Source: a virus (taxonomy: Duplodnaviria > Heunggongvirae > Uroviricota > Caudoviricetes). Taken from it: 64,000 nucleotides of DNA. A model generated the notes under the pieces. That model ran no database searches, had not been told where the DNA came from, and worked only from the letters and a program-made list of their open reading frames with translations. The translations under genes were made by a program, and so were the position numbers. The stretch lies in the IMG/VR virus record IMGVR_UViG_2565956624_000008; one strand, given 5' to 3'. Shown here one piece after another: positions 61,850-64,000 of this stretch. Numbering within the stretch: the first letter of the stretch is position 1; each line of letters opens with the position of its first letter.

Positions 61850-62881
61850 ATGTCCAATTTACTGACCGTACACCAAAATTTGCCTGCATTACCGGTCGAT
61901 GCAACGAGTGATGAGGTTCGCAAGAACCTGATGGACATGTTCAGGGATCGCCAGGCGTTTTCTGAGCATACCTGGAAAATGCTTCTGTCCGTTTGCCGGT
62001 CGTGGGCGGCATGGTGCAAGTTAAATAACCGGAAATGGTTTCCCGCAGAACCTGAAGATGTTCGCGATTATCTTCTATATCTTCAGGCGCGCGGTCTGGC
62101 AGTGAAAACTATCCAGCAACATTTGGGCCAGCTAAATATGCTTCATCGTCGGTCCGGGCTGCCACGACCAAGTGACAGCAATGCTGTTTCACTGGTCATG
62201 CGACGGATCCGAAAAGAAAACGTTGATGCCGGTGAGCGTGCAAAACAGGCGCTGGCGTTCGAACGCACTGATTTCGACCAGGTTCGTTCACTCATGGAAA
62301 ATAGCGATCGCTGCCAGGATATACGTAATCTGGCATTTCTGGGGATTGCTTATAACACCCTGTTGCGTATAGCCGAAATTTCTAGGATCAGAGTTAAAGA
62401 TATCTCGCGTACTGACGGTGGGAGAATGTTAATCCATATTGGCAGAACGAAAACGCTGGTTAGCACCGCTGGTGTAGAGAAGGCACTTAGTCTGGGGGTA
62501 ACTAAACTGGTTGAGCGATGGATTTCTGTCTCTGGTGTGGCTGATGATCCGAATAACTACTTGTTTTGCCGTGTCAGAAAAAATGGTGTTGCCGCGCCAT
62601 CTGCCACCAGCCAGCTATCAACTCGCGCCCTGGAAGGGATTTTTGAAGCAACTCACCGATTGATTTACGGGGCTAAGGATGACTCTGGCCAGAGATACCT
62701 GGCCTGGTCTGGACACAGTGCCCGTGTCGGAGCCGCGCGAGATATGGCCCGCGCCGGAGTTTCAATACCGGAGATCATGCAAGCTGGTGGCTGGACCAAC
62801 GTAAATATTGTCATGAACTACATTCGTAACCTGGATAGTGAAACGGGGGCAATGGTGCGCCTGCTGGAAGATGGCGATTAG
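61850..62881 (+). CDS. cre: Cre tyrosine site-specific recombinase
   Basis: 343-aa product beginning MSNLLTVHQNLPALPVDATSDEVRKNLMDMFRDRQAFSEHTWKMLLSVCRSW and ending MVRLLEDGD, matching Cre as recalled. Confidence 0.95.
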   Translation: MSNLLTVHQNLPALPVDATSDEVRKNLMDMFRDRQAFSEHTWKMLLSVCRSWAAWCKLNNRKWFPAEPEDVRDYLLYLQARGLAVKTIQQHLGQLNMLHRRSGLPRPSDSNAVSLVMRRIRKENVDAGERAKQALAFERTDFDQVRSLMENSDRCQDIRNLAFLGIAYNTLLRIAEISRIRVKDISRTDGGRMLIHIGRTKTLVSTAGVEKALSLGVTKLVERWISVSGVADDPNNYLFCRVRKNGVAAPSATSQLSTRALEGIFEATHRLIYGAKDDSGQRYLAWSGHSARVGAARDMARAGVSIPEIMQAGGWTNVNIVMNYIRNLDSETGAMVRLLEDGD

Positions 62882-62897
62882 CCGTTCATTTGCGCCA

Positions 62898-62914
62898 GAT
62901 TGCTCTAATTATTT
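62898..62914 (+). promoter_or_regulatory. C1 operator-like site between cre and cra
   Basis: ATTGCTCTAATTATTTG. Confidence 0.5.
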
Positions 62915-62931
62915 GATATTTATGGTGACAC

Positions 62932-63243
62932 ATGCGGAAGGATTTCAAAATAGACGGAAAATATGTGGTGCTGTCTGTAAGCTCTCAAATTCAGTCACCA
63001 TCTGTCATTGTCACCGTAAAGTTGAGCGATAGGATGCCTGATATCGACTCGATATCTGTTGCGTTCCCCGTTAAAAGCATGCGGAGTGCTGAACATTTTG
63101 TGCTGAATGCAACGGAGGAGGAAGCGCGGCGCGGGCTTACTAGAGTGATGGCGGAATTTGGCGAACTCCTGGGTAAGGTAAACAATTCCCTTTCAATCAG
63201 TTCAGCAAGATCCAAAGCGTTAACAGCTTCCATGATGAAATAA
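62932..63243 (+). CDS. Small protein downstream of cre (P1 cra position)
   Basis: 103-aa ORF. Confidence 0.4.
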   Translation: MRKDFKIDGKYVVLSVSSQIQSPSVIVTVKLSDRMPDIDSISVAFPVKSMRSAEHFVLNATEEEARRGLTRVMAEFGELLGKVNNSLSISSARSKALTASMMK

Positions 63244-63373
63244 AAAAGCCTGGCAAGGAGCCAGGCTACACAAAAGAGCGGGTTTGTATTCCGCATCCAA
63301 TCAATCAAGAAGGAGTATAGCACACAGGTACTGAAGTGAAAAAATGTGATTCGCGATAAACAAAATATCGACA

Positions 63374-63390
63374 ATTGCTCTAATTGATCG
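63374..63390 (+). promoter_or_regulatory. C1 operator-like site upstream of ref (Op2 position)
   Basis: ATTGCTCTAATTGATCG followed immediately by TATAAT. Confidence 0.55.
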
Positions 63391-63488
63391 CTATAATTTA
63401 GCCGCAGTTTTTGTCAACTACGAAGACGTTGCCATTACTTAACTCCTTGACATCATTGGCGGCCATCAGGCCGCCTTTTTTTTGCCAT

Positions 63489-64000
63489 ATGAAAACAATC
63501 GAACAAAAAATTGAACAGCACCGTAAGTGGCAGAAGGCAGCCAGAGAACGAGCGATCGCTCGGCAACGGGAGAAGTTGGCTGATCCGGCCTGGCGAGAAT
63601 CTCAATATCAGAAAATGCGGAATACTATCGACCGCCGTATCGCTAAACAGAAAGAGCGCCCACCAGCCAGCAAAACGCGGAAAAGCGCGGTAAAGATAAA
63701 ATCTCGTGGCTTGAAGGGGCGAACACCGACAGCGGAGGAACGGAGCATCGCCAATGCTCTTGGCGCTCTCCCCTGCATTGCCTGCTACATGCATGGAGTA
63801 ATATCTGAAGAGGTGTCTCTGCACCATATTTCCGGTCGTACCGCGCCTGGTTGTCACAAAAAGCAATTGCCACTTTGTAGATGGCACCACCAGCATGCAG
63901 CACCGGCTGAAGTAAGAGCAAAATACCCCTGGCTGGTCCCTGTTCATGCCGATGGTGTGGTTGGAGGCAAGAAAGAATTCACCCTGCTGAACAAGTCAGA
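63489..64000 (+). CDS. ref: Ref, recombination enhancement function (HNH endonuclease); 3' end beyond the window
   Basis: Hand-read ORF MKTIEQKIEQHRKWQKAARE... with HNH-type ...CIACYMHG...HH...CRWHHQH; no stop before the window end. Confidence 0.7.
   Translation, partial: MKTIEQKIEQHRKWQKAARERAIARQREKLADPAWRESQYQKMRNTIDRRIAKQKERPPASKTRKSAVKIKSRGLKGRTPTAEERSIANALGALPCIACYMHGVISEEVSLHHISGRTAPGCHKKQLPLCRWHHQHAAPAEVRAKYPWLVPVHADGVVGGKKEFTLLNKS

Noticed and set aside
63453-63947. 164-aa minus-strand ORF
   Set aside because: Antisense to the well-supported ref (HNH) reading frame.

Overview
The window reads as a near-contiguous ~64 kb segment of a P1-family temperate myovirus / phage-plasmid, with gene order matching the P1 map. 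Left to right: tail-fibre gene S (truncated at the window start), R, baseplate genes and the sit tape-measure/transglycosylase gene (minus strand); the immI region (Op51, c4 region, icd, ant) and the kilA-repL lytic replicon; a hok/mok type I toxin locus; minus-strand sheath/head-type late genes; the plasmid maintenance module parS-parB-parA-repA with incA and incC iterons and a GATC-rich oriR; small late/lysis-like genes; hrdC (RdgC-like) and the bifunctional methyltransferase dmt; a tRNA cluster (Asn-GTT, Thr-TGT, Ile/Met-CAT) with upl, plp and the DnaB-type helicase ban; a second minus-strand baseplate block; a long plus-strand run of small accessory genes (TraR-like, VRR-NUC, Ser/Thr phosphatase, HAD phosphatase, Ea22-like paralogues); then hot, a LexA box, humD, phd-doc, lpa, pacA (with the pac hexamer clusters), pacB, c1, coi, cre, cra and ref (truncated at the window end). 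At least 12 C1-operator-like 17-mers are scattered through the window. Protein identifications rest on recalled motifs and P1 synteny, not on database searches. Coordinates of non-coding features are hand-counted and may be off by a few bp. Nothing here can be shown to be new from sequence alone; the best candidates for non-canonical content are: (1) a modular hairpin-repeat array around the tRNA genes, (2) a ~5.5 kb island of overlapping paralogous small genes between the pap block and hot, (3) apparent absence of a canonical loxP upstream of an intact cre, (4) a 297-bp in-frame tandem duplication in sit, and (5) a secreted Sim-like protein sharing a short motif with Sit.
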